A stretch of DNA of 51,469 nt from an uncultured Rhizobium sp. (GTDB lineage: Bacteria; Pseudomonadota; Alphaproteobacteria; Rickettsiales; UBA1997), in assembly GCA_964452075.1 (NCBI GenBank), contig CAYVKI010000002.1, positions 1 to 51,469 on the forward strand. The letters run 5' to 3'. Positions 36,512 to 43,807 of this stretch are shown piece after piece; the first letter of the stretch is position 1; each line of letters starts with the position of its first letter. Under the pieces are notes generated by a model. The model had not been told where the DNA came from, did not search any database, and saw nothing but the letters and a program-made list of their open reading frames with translations. The position numbers and the translations under genes were made by a program.

Positions 36512-38518
36512 ATGGCTAAAGTCACAATCAACGGTCAAGAAACACAAATTCCTGACGGCATTACAATCATTCAAGCTTGCGAAATCGCTAACGTTGAAAT
36601 TCCACGTTTTTGCTACCATGAAAGATTAGCAATTGCTGGAAATTGCCGCATGTGTTTAGTTGAAGTTGAGGGAATGCCTCCAAAACCAGTTGCTTCTTGT
36701 GCAATGCCCGCAACTGACGGCATGAAAATTCACACCGACACGCCAATGGTAAAAAAAGCCCGCGAAGGCGTGATGGAATTTTTGCTGGCAAATCATCCTC
36801 TCGATTGCCCAATTTGCGACCAAGGCGGCGAATGCGATTTGCAAGATCAAGCTTTTCAATATGGCTCTGGAAAAAGCCATCACCACGAACATAAGCGCGC
36901 CGTAAAAGACAAAAATTTAGGGCCTTTAGTTAAAACCCAAATGACGCGCTGCATTCACTGCACACGCTGCGTTCGCTTCATCGAAGACGTTGCTGGAACT
37001 ACCGAAATGGGCGCAGTAAATCGTGGCGAAGGAATGGAAATCACCACTTATTTAGAGCAAAATTTAAAATCTGAATTATCTGGAAATATCATCGATCTTT
37101 GTCCGGTTGGGGCTTTAACTTCTAAACCTTACGCATTTAAAGCTAGAAGCTGGGAATTAAGAAAAACCGAAACAATCGACGTGATGGATGCAGTTGGAAG
37201 CAACATTCGCATCGATTCTCGCGGCGTTGAAGTAATGCGAATTTTGCCAAGTTTAAACGAAGAAATTAACGAAGAATGGATTTCTGACAAAACTCGTTTT
37301 TGCTACGACGGACTAAAGTATCAACGCCTCGACAAACCTTATATTAGGCGCGACGGCAAGTTTGTTGAAGCTAATTTTGATGAAGCTATTAGCGAAATTG
37401 CCAACAAAATAAAAACTCTAAAACCATCTGAAATTGCTGCATTTACCGGTCAACTTTCCGCCGTTGAAGAAATTTTTGCTCTAAAAAAACTACTCGAAAA
37501 ACTCGAAGTTAAAAATTTCGACTGTCGTTTAAAAGGTGAAAAACTCGAGTCGCAAGATCGCGCTTCTTATCTTTTTAACAGCGCAATTGCTGGCATTGAA
37601 GAAGCTGACGCTTGTTTGTTAATTGGCGTTAATCCTCGAAAAGATGCACCAATTTTAAATGCCCGAATCAAAAAAAGATCTCTTTCTAAAAAATTAAAAA
37701 TTGCCTCAATCGGCGAAGATCTTGATTTAACCTACAGTCACAAAAACTTGGGTGGCAGCATTGAAATTCTAAAAAATATTCTCGAAGGAAAATCAGAATT
37801 TTGTGAAGTTTTGTCAAAAGCTGAAAAACCAATGTTGATCTTAGGTCACGACATAATAAGCCGCGCTGACGGAAACCTAATTTTACACTACGCCAAAAAG
37901 ATCGCTGAAAAGTTCAACTTGATTCAAGAAAACTGGAATGGCTTTAACTTTTTATCAAAATCCACCGGCTTAATTAATGGCTTAGAGCTTGGTTTCACCT
38001 CTTCTAAAACAAATGAAATTCTTAATTCTAACCCAAAATTAGTGATTTTGCACGGAGTTGATGACGATTTAGATTTTTCTAAACTACAAAACACTTTTGT
38101 TGTTTATATCGGAACTCACGGCGATCGCGGAGCTCACATTGCTGACGTAATTTTACCAGCATCTTCTTACAGCGAAAAAAATGCGATCTACATCAATTTA
38201 GAAGGTCGCCCACAAAGCACTTCTCAAGCTTCTTTTCCAGTTGGGCAAGCTCAAGAAGATTGGAAAATCATTCTTGAATTAGCAAAAAAACTTGGGATCG
38301 AACTTGGTTTTTCAAACCTTGAAGAGCTTAGAAAATCATTACCTCAATTTACCAATCTTAATAAAATTTCTAAAGCATCTTGGTTAAATTCTAGCGATCT
38401 AAAAGGCGAGTTTTCTGATCAAAAAATTGCAGCCGAAGATTTTGATTTTTATTTAACAAATCCAATCGCCAGAGCATCTCGTATTTTGAATAAATGCAGC
38501 TCTGAACTTAATTCTTAA
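36512..38518 (+). CDS. nuoG: NADH-quinone oxidoreductase subunit G
   Basis: The 2Fe-2S/4Fe-4S cysteine patterns (CYHERLAIAGNCRMCLVEV, HPLDCPICDQGGECDLQD, CIHCTRCVRF) and the molybdopterin-like C-terminal part are present. Confidence 0.9.
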   Translation: MAKVTINGQETQIPDGITIIQACEIANVEIPRFCYHERLAIAGNCRMCLVEVEGMPPKPVASCAMPATDGMKIHTDTPMVKKAREGVMEFLLANHPLDCPICDQGGECDLQDQAFQYGSGKSHHHEHKRAVKDKNLGPLVKTQMTRCIHCTRCVRFIEDVAGTTEMGAVNRGEGMEITTYLEQNLKSELSGNIIDLCPVGALTSKPYAFKARSWELRKTETIDVMDAVGSNIRIDSRGVEVMRILPSLNEEINEEWISDKTRFCYDGLKYQRLDKPYIRRDGKFVEANFDEAISEIANKIKTLKPSEIAAFTGQLSAVEEIFALKKLLEKLEVKNFDCRLKGEKLESQDRASYLFNSAIAGIEEADACLLIGVNPRKDAPILNARIKKRSLSKKLKIASIGEDLDLTYSHKNLGGSIEILKNILEGKSEFCEVLSKAEKPMLILGHDIISRADGNLILHYAKKIAEKFNLIQENWNGFNFLSKSTGLINGLELGFTSSKTNEILNSNPKLVILHGVDDDLDFSKLQNTFVVYIGTHGDRGAHIADVILPASSYSEKNAIYINLEGRPQSTSQASFPVGQAQEDWKIILELAKKLGIELGFSNLEELRKSLPQFTNLNKISKASWLNSSDLKGEFSDQKIAAEDFDFYLTNPIARASRILNKCSSELNS

Positions 38519-38533
38519 GATTAATTAAATTTT

Positions 38534-38562
38534 TATCACCCCGTCTTCACGACGGGGTGATA
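38534..38562. repeat. hairpin family 1 copy (perfect 12-bp stem)
   Basis: tatcaccccgtc-ttcac-gacggggtgata lies 16 nt after the nuoG stop. Confidence 0.6.
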
Positions 38563-38698
38563 AAATAGCAATTTTACAGATAAATAATAATCACCGAAAC
38601 AACATTAAAAAATAAGTTGCAAAAAACTTTCCAACTTCTACCTTGCCGCGCTCCTCAAAGTCGGCTAAGTGTCATTTAAGAAAAATAACTAATAAAAA

Positions 38699-39127
38699 AT
38701 GTTAAAAATTCGTCTTGCTCGCGGCGGAAGAACTGGTCTTCCTTATTACCGTATTCTTGTTACTAACGCTACATCTCCTAGAGACTCTAAGTTCCTAGAA
38801 AAAATTGGAACTTACAATCCTTTGCTTACAGATGACAAAGAAAATCGCGTCACTGTAAATAAAGAACGCGCCGAATATTGGCTTTCAGTTGGTGCGCAAC
38901 CAACAGAAAAAGTTGCAAAATTTCTTATCGCTCTTGGCGTTAAAGGTGCTGACAAATATACTCCAAACTTTAAGCCAAAAGCTAAAGGCTCTAACTTGAA
39001 GAAAAAAGCTGCTGCAAAAGTTGCTAAAGAAAAAGAAGCTGCTGATGCAGCGATTGCTGAAGCAGCCGCTGCGAAAGCTGCCGCTGAAGCTCCAGTAGAA
39101 GCACCAGCAACTGAAGCTGCTGCTTAA
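38699..39127 (+). CDS. rpsP: 30S ribosomal protein S16 with Ala/Lys-rich C-terminal extension
   Basis: MLKIRLARGGRTGLPYYRILV...YNPL is canonical S16, followed by a KKKAAAKVAKEKEAADAAIAEAAAAKAAAEAP tail. Confidence 0.9.
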   Translation: MLKIRLARGGRTGLPYYRILVTNATSPRDSKFLEKIGTYNPLLTDDKENRVTVNKERAEYWLSVGAQPTEKVAKFLIALGVKGADKYTPNFKPKAKGSNLKKKAAAKVAKEKEAADAAIAEAAAAKAAAEAPVEAPATEAAA

Positions 39128-39152
39128 AACAAAGCGAAAAAACAAAGTTTAA

Positions 39153-39191
39153 AACGCCGCAAATTTCATGATTTGCGGCGTTTCTTTTTTT
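39153..39191 (+). terminator. Rho-independent terminator after rpsP
   Basis: A 12-bp stem aacgccgcaaat/atttgcggcgtt with a 6-nt loop is followed by a T-run. Confidence 0.75.
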
Positions 39192-39200
39192 AAAATAACA

Positions 39201-39818
39201 ATGCCCACACTTCCAAAAAAACTGCTAATTGCCACCAACAACAAGGGTAAGTTTTTTGAAATTTCGTCACTATTGACGCAACTTAATATCGAATCCGTTC
39301 CAACTTTTCAATTTAACATTTCTGAACCAGAAGAAACTGGGAAAACTTTCGCCGAAAACTCCCTTCTAAAAGCCAAATATTACGCTTCAAAAACTGGATT
39401 AATCGCTTTAGCCGATGATTCAGGATTATGCGTTGAAGCAATGAATGATTCACCAGGAATTTATTCGGCCCGCTTTGCGAAAAACTCGGAAGGCAAAGAT
39501 GATTTTAAAAATGCTTTTGAAAAAATTTTCTCCGAAATTAATAAAATTTCTCCAGAAAATCGCCGCGCATTTTTCATCTGCAATTTATCGCTTTTTAACC
39601 CCGAAACAAACTTTGCCATTTCTTTTGAAGGTCGCGTTGATGGCAATTTATCTTTAGAGCCACGCGGTAATCTTGGCTTTGGATATGATCCGATTTTTAT
39701 TAAAAATGGCATGGAAAAAACTTTTGGAGAAATTTCTGCCGAAGAAAAAGACAAAATTTCTCACCGCGCTAATGCTTTTGAAAAGCTTACAAAATGGCTC
39801 AAAAGCAACGACTTGTAA
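39201..39818 (+). CDS. rdgB: non-canonical purine NTP pyrophosphatase (RdgB/HAM1)
   Basis: KLLIATNNKGKFFE, DDSGLCVEA and GFGYDPIF...SHRANAF are present. I chose ATG 39201 because the track start 39168 lies inside the rpsP terminator hairpin. Confidence 0.85.
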   Translation: MPTLPKKLLIATNNKGKFFEISSLLTQLNIESVPTFQFNISEPEETGKTFAENSLLKAKYYASKTGLIALADDSGLCVEAMNDSPGIYSARFAKNSEGKDDFKNAFEKIFSEINKISPENRRAFFICNLSLFNPETNFAISFEGRVDGNLSLEPRGNLGFGYDPIFIKNGMEKTFGEISAEEKDKISHRANAFEKLTKWLKSNDL

Positions 39819-39879
39819 AAGTGATTTACCGAATTATTTAATAGCTTCTTCAAACCTTTTTCACCGAAATTAAAAAACA

Positions 39880-41016
39880 ATGAGCAAAAGAGATTATTAC
39901 GAAATTCTTGGCGTTGGCAAAAAAGCTTCTGCAGATGAAATTAAAAAAGCTTATCGCAAGCTGGCAATGCAATATCACCCAGATCGAAATCCGGGAAACA
40001 AAGAAGCAGAAACAAAATTTAAAGAAGCCACCGAAGCTTACGAAATTTTAAAAGACGATCAAAAAAGAGCTGGCTACGATCAATTTGGTCACGAAGGAGC
40101 TCAAGGCGGCTTTGGTGGTGGCGGACATGGCGGCGGAGGTTTTGACTTCAATGATATTTTTAACAATTTTTCCGACATTTTTGGAGATTTTGGCGGCGGT
40201 GGACAAAGGCAATCCAAAAAACGTAGCGCGGCACAACGTGGAAGCGACATTCGCTATAATTTAGAAATTTCTTTAGAAGAAGCCTTTCGCGGCGTAACCG
40301 AAAAGATTTCTTTCACCATTCCCACAACTTGCGAACCATGCAAAGGAAGTGGCGCGCAAAATGGTGAACAAGCGTCAGATTGTTCAACCTGTAAAGGCAG
40401 CGGCAAAATTCGCGCCCAACAAGGTTTTTTTATTGTTGAACGCACTTGCACCTCATGCGCTGGAGTTGGTCAAATTATTAAAAATCCTTGCAAATCTTGT
40501 CGTGGCGAAGGTCGAGTGAATAAAGACAAAACTTTATCAGTAAAAATTCCGGCTGGAGTTGAAGAAGGAAACAGAATTCGCTTAAGCGGCGAAGGCGAAG
40601 CTGGTCAGCGCGGCGGCCCAGCAGGAGATTTATATGTTTATATTTCAATCAAAAAACATCAGTTTTTCACACGCAAAGGCGACGATATTCACTTTGAAAT
40701 TCCAATGAAATTCACCACCGCCGCACTTGGTGGATCAGTTGAAATTCCAACAATTGACGGCGCAAAAGCGAATTTAAAAATTCCATAAGGCGCGCAAAAT
40801 GGCGATCAATTCCGCTTAAAATCGAAAGGAATGAGCGTGATTAATTCAGGCGGAAGACGCGGCGATATGTTCGTTAAAATTAACATTGAAACTCCCGTGA
40901 AGCTTTCTTCCGAAGAGCGGGAGCTTTTGACGAAGCTGGATCAATTAATGAGTAAAAAATCTAGCAACCCAAAATCAGAAAGTTTTTTCAAAAAAGTTGG
41001 GGATTTATTTTCTTAA
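39880..41016 (+). pseudogene. dnaJ: dnaJ interrupted by a single in-frame TAA (40786-40788)
   Basis: The J-domain (YYEILGV...HPDRNP), G/F region, four CxxCxGxG zinc motifs and the CTD are all in one frame. The sequence ...ANLKIP-TAA-GAQNGDQFRLKSKGM... continues in the same frame to a normal DnaJ C-terminus (SFFKKVGDLFS). Confidence 0.85.
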
Positions 41017-42081
41017 TTTCTGTTCGCGCTGTGAAAGAGATTTTAATTGCCCGCAAGCCGCCAAAACATCGTCACCACGAGTTTTTCTAATTGGCGAAAT
41101 TACGCCGCCATTTTTTAGAATTTGTTGAAATTTTAAAATTTGTTCAATGTCGCTGCGACCATATTCGCAGCCATCCCACGGATTAAATGGAATTAGGTTT
41201 ATTTTTACATTTACGTTCGAGCGATTGATCAAATTTATTAACTCGCGCGCGTGCAATTCTTGGTCATTAACATCTTTAAGCATTACATATTCAAAGGTGA
41301 TTTTTTGGTTGGGATTTTTTTGATTATAAACCTTGCAAGCAGCGAGTAATTCTTTGAGCGGATATTTTTTGTTAATCGCCATAATATCGGTGCGAAGCTT
41401 GTCATTTGTGGCGTGCAGCGAAATTGCTAAATTGGTTTTTAATTCATCAGCGCAGCGCAAAATTTCTGGAACCAAGCCAGAAGTTGAGATGGTTATTTTG
41501 CGATTTGATAAATCTAAACCTTCAGCATCATTTAAAATTTTTACTGCTTTGGCAACATTTTCATAATTAAAAAATGGCTCGCCCATGCCCATAAATACGA
41601 TGTTGGTGAGTTTGCGATTATTTTTATCCCAATCATTTAACAAATCTTTTGCGATCAGAATTTGCGCGACAATTTCGTGAAATTCGAGATTACGCACCAA
41701 CATTTGCGTTCCAGTGTGGCAAAATTTACACGCCAAAGTGCAACCAACTTGCGACGAGATGCAGAGCGTGCCGCGAGTTTCTTCAGGAATAAAAACCGCC
41801 TCAACTTCTTTACAATCTGAAAAACGCACCAGCCATTTTCTAGTGCCGTCGGACGATAAAATATCTTGTGAAATTTCAGGGCGATTTAGTGAGAAATTTT
41901 GCGTAAAAATCTCGCGCATTTCTTTTGAAATATTGGTCATTTCTTCAAAAGATTTTACGCCGCGAGAATAAATCCAATTCCAGATTTGTTTAGCACGAAA
42001 AGGCTTTTCTCCAACTTCCACAAGACAATCTTGAAGTTGCTGTTTGGATAAATGGGTGAGATTTATTTTCTTATTTTCCAC
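41005..42081 (-). CDS. rlmN: 23S rRNA/tRNA (adenine-C2)-methyltransferase RlmN (radical SAM)
   Basis: FRAKQIWNWIY, the radical SAM motif CTLACKFCHTG and GMGEP are present. It overlaps the dnaJ 3' end by 12 nt (convergent). Confidence 0.9.
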   Translation of the reverse strand: MENKKINLTHLSKQQLQDCLVEVGEKPFRAKQIWNWIYSRGVKSFEEMTNISKEMREIFTQNFSLNRPEISQDILSSDGTRKWLVRFSDCKEVEAVFIPEETRGTLCISSQVGCTLACKFCHTGTQMLVRNLEFHEIVAQILIAKDLLNDWDKNNRKLTNIVFMGMGEPFFNYENVAKAVKILNDAEGLDLSNRKITISTSGLVPEILRCADELKTNLAISLHATNDKLRTDIMAINKKYPLKELLAACKVYNQKNPNQKITFEYVMLKDVNDQELHARELINLINRSNVNVKINLIPFNPWDGCEYGRSDIEQILKFQQILKNGGVISPIRKTRGDDVLAACGQLKSLSQREQKLRK

Positions 42082-42167
42082 TTAAAATATAAAAATTTAT
42101 TTACTATTTAGAAGTTAATAACAATTATTAGGATCTATTTTAATAATTAAGTTACCAAGCTAACATT

Positions 42168-42419
42168 ATGCAGAACCAAGTTGTAACAATTTCCGCACAA
42201 ATTCCAAATAAGCTAGACAAAGAATTAACTAAGCTTTGCGAAGCTGAAGAAAGATCAAAAAGCTTCTTTATAAAAAAAGCTTTGGAGCAATATTTAGAAG
42301 AGAAGAAACAAGACCTTGCTGATTATCAGCAAGCCAAGATTCTTTTTGAAGAATTTAAAAAATCTGGAGAAAAAGGCATTTCTTACGAAGAGGTATTTAA
42401 AAAAAACGCTAAAAAATAG
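42168..42419 (+). CDS. ribbon-helix-helix (CopG/RelB-like) type II antitoxin
   Basis: The RHH pattern VTISAQIPNKLDKELTKLCEAEERSKSFFIKKALEQYLEE is present. The ORF is intact at 83 aa and sits immediately upstream of a RelE/ParE-like reading frame. Confidence 0.7.
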   Translation: MQNQVVTISAQIPNKLDKELTKLCEAEERSKSFFIKKALEQYLEEKKQDLADYQQAKILFEEFKKSGEKGISYEEVFKKNAKK

Positions 42420-42438
42420 CTAACTAATTACACACCAC

Positions 42439-42903
42439 ATGAGTTGGAGAATTGAGTTTACCAAAATAGCTGCGAAGCAAGTTCGCAGCTTGGATCCTTC
42501 TGTTCAAAAAAGGATTAAGCGCGCAATTGAAGAAAAGTTACAAACTAATCCTGACTTCTATTTGATTGGGCTAATCGGATAATTATCAGACCTCTACAAA
42601 TTTAGAGTTGGCGATTATGGCACTGTCGCAAATCCGCTTTTGCAAAAAATTTTTAGGCAGTTTGTTTTTTGGCGACGCAGTGGATACAGACATCCATGAG
42701 GAGCCAAAAAACAAACTAACGACACAAATCGATTATCGATTTGTAACTCGCACAAATAAAAAACAAAAAAATTTGCGAGTAAAATTTGAAGCAAAAGACA
42801 GGATTTGCGACAGTGCCATTATCGACTTTTGTGCAGCAAAGATGATAAGAGGTTAGTAATTTATGTAATTACAGTTGCGCATCGCAGAGAAGTTTATCAC
42901 TAG
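42439..42903 (+). pseudogene. relE: RelE/ParE-family toxin gene, inactivated by an in-frame TAA (42580-42582) and a MITE insertion
   Basis: The frame reads MSWRIEFTKIAAKQVRSLDPSVQKRIKRAIEEKLQTNP...G-TAA-LSDLYKFRVGDY then the insert. Removing the element and one ATTAT copy restores RVGDYRLLCSKDDKRLVIYVITVAHRREVYH, a classic RelE/ParE C-terminus. Confidence 0.75.
42619..42817. mobile_element. 199-bp MITE (17-bp perfect TIRs, 5-bp TSD) inserted in relE
   Basis: The TIRs are GGCACTGTCGCAAATCC (42619-42635) and GGATTTGCGACAGTGCC (42801-42817). It is flanked by direct ATTAT (42614-42618 and 42818-42822). Inside are a perfect 14-bp stem (42660-42673 / 42703-42716) and a 21-nt palindrome (42724-42744). 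It encodes no transposase. Confidence 0.75.
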
Positions 42904-43613
42904 TTTTGAATGGCTTTTTTCTGAATTTCAAAAATTTCTTTTGCAGCATTTTTTGCCAATTCATACATTTGAGAAACGTTCTCGAAGCTCATGTCGCCTA
43001 TTTCTGCCGTGCCTTGAATTTCAATTAAATTGAATTTTTCGTTAATCACAAAATTCGTATCAACTGCGCACTTACTGTCTTCGGCGTAATCAAGATCGGC
43101 AACCACTTCACCATTAAAAATTCCGCAAGAAACTGCGCAAACCTTTCCTTTTAAAGGATTGCTGCGAACCAATCTTTGATTGGTTAATTTATTTATGGCA
43201 ATTGCCAAAGCGACATATCCGCCAGTAATTGCGGCGCAACGCGTGCCGCCATCGGCTTGAATAACGTCGCAATCAATTATAATTTGACGCTCGCCAAGCA
43301 GAGATGTATCTACTGCTGAGCGCAAAGCGCGACCTATTAAACGTTGAATTTCAATTGAGCGACCATTTGGTTTCATTGGGTCGCGTGAGTTTCTGGTGTG
43401 AGTTGAGCGTGCGAGCATGCTATATTCGGCTGTCACCCAACCTGTTCCTTTGTTGCGCAAGAATGGCGGAACTCTTTCTTCAACTGATGCGGTGCATAAA
43501 ACGTGAGTATCACCAAATTTTACCAAACAAGATCCTTCGGCGTGTTTGCTAACATGGGGGATAATTTCAACTTTGCGGATTTGTTCGGGATTTCTTTTTG
43601 ATGGTCTGGTCAT
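42900..43613 (-). CDS. rph: ribonuclease PH
   Basis: RPSKRNPEQIRKV...GSCLVKFGDTHVLC...TAEYSMLARST...DCDVIQADGGTR is canonical RNase PH. Its stop overlaps the relE stop within CTAG. Confidence 0.9.
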   Translation of the reverse strand: MTRPSKRNPEQIRKVEIIPHVSKHAEGSCLVKFGDTHVLCTASVEERVPPFLRNKGTGWVTAEYSMLARSTHTRNSRDPMKPNGRSIEIQRLIGRALRSAVDTSLLGERQIIIDCDVIQADGGTRCAAITGGYVALAIAINKLTNQRLVRSNPLKGKVCAVSCGIFNGEVVADLDYAEDSKCAVDTNFVINEKFNLIEIQGTAEIGDMSFENVSQMYELAKNAAKEIFEIQKKAIQN

Positions 43614-43705
43614 TTGGGATATGGGTAAATTGTTTATTAATTTAATGTCTCATCACCATCTTTTATTTTTAACTTCTTCATCCTCTTGTCAGTCTTTTTC
43701 ATTTT

Positions 43706-43758
43706 GTCACCCCGTCCCATAACTGAGCCCTCTAGACCCCGTCATACGACGGGGTGAC
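43706..43758. repeat. hairpin family 1 copy with an extra upstream half-site
   Basis: A hairpin gaccccgtc-atac-gacggggtgac lies at 43735-43758, with an upstream half-site gtcaccccgtc at 43706-43716. The 3' flank gacaaac...gtgaggtagtaaattt resembles the right arm of the 3961 element. Confidence 0.6.
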
Positions 43759-43807
43759 AAACTTTTTGTGAGGTAGTAAATTTATTTTAGCGATATTTCT
43801 CTAAAAA

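Noticed and set aside
40786-42582. Possibility that TAA is a sense codon (genetic-code change), since both dnaJ and relE carry in-frame TAA
   Set aside because: Nearly all confidently identified genes in the window (rplM, rpiB, trmB, murB, rpmB, tig, pccB and others) terminate at TAA at the length expected from their families. TAA is clearly the standard stop here.
42608-42856. An 82-aa ORF from the track (MAIMALSQIRFCKKF...)
   Set aside because: It lies almost entirely inside the 199-bp MITE and runs out into the displaced relE 3' part in the wrong frame. It has no RBS or family resemblance, so it is a by-product of the insertion.
3961-43758. Whether the recurring CCCCGTC/GACGGGG hairpins could be a CRISPR array or attC-type sites
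   Set aside because: The copies are tens of kb apart in separate intergenic regions, not in a regularly spaced array. No cas or integrase genes are present.
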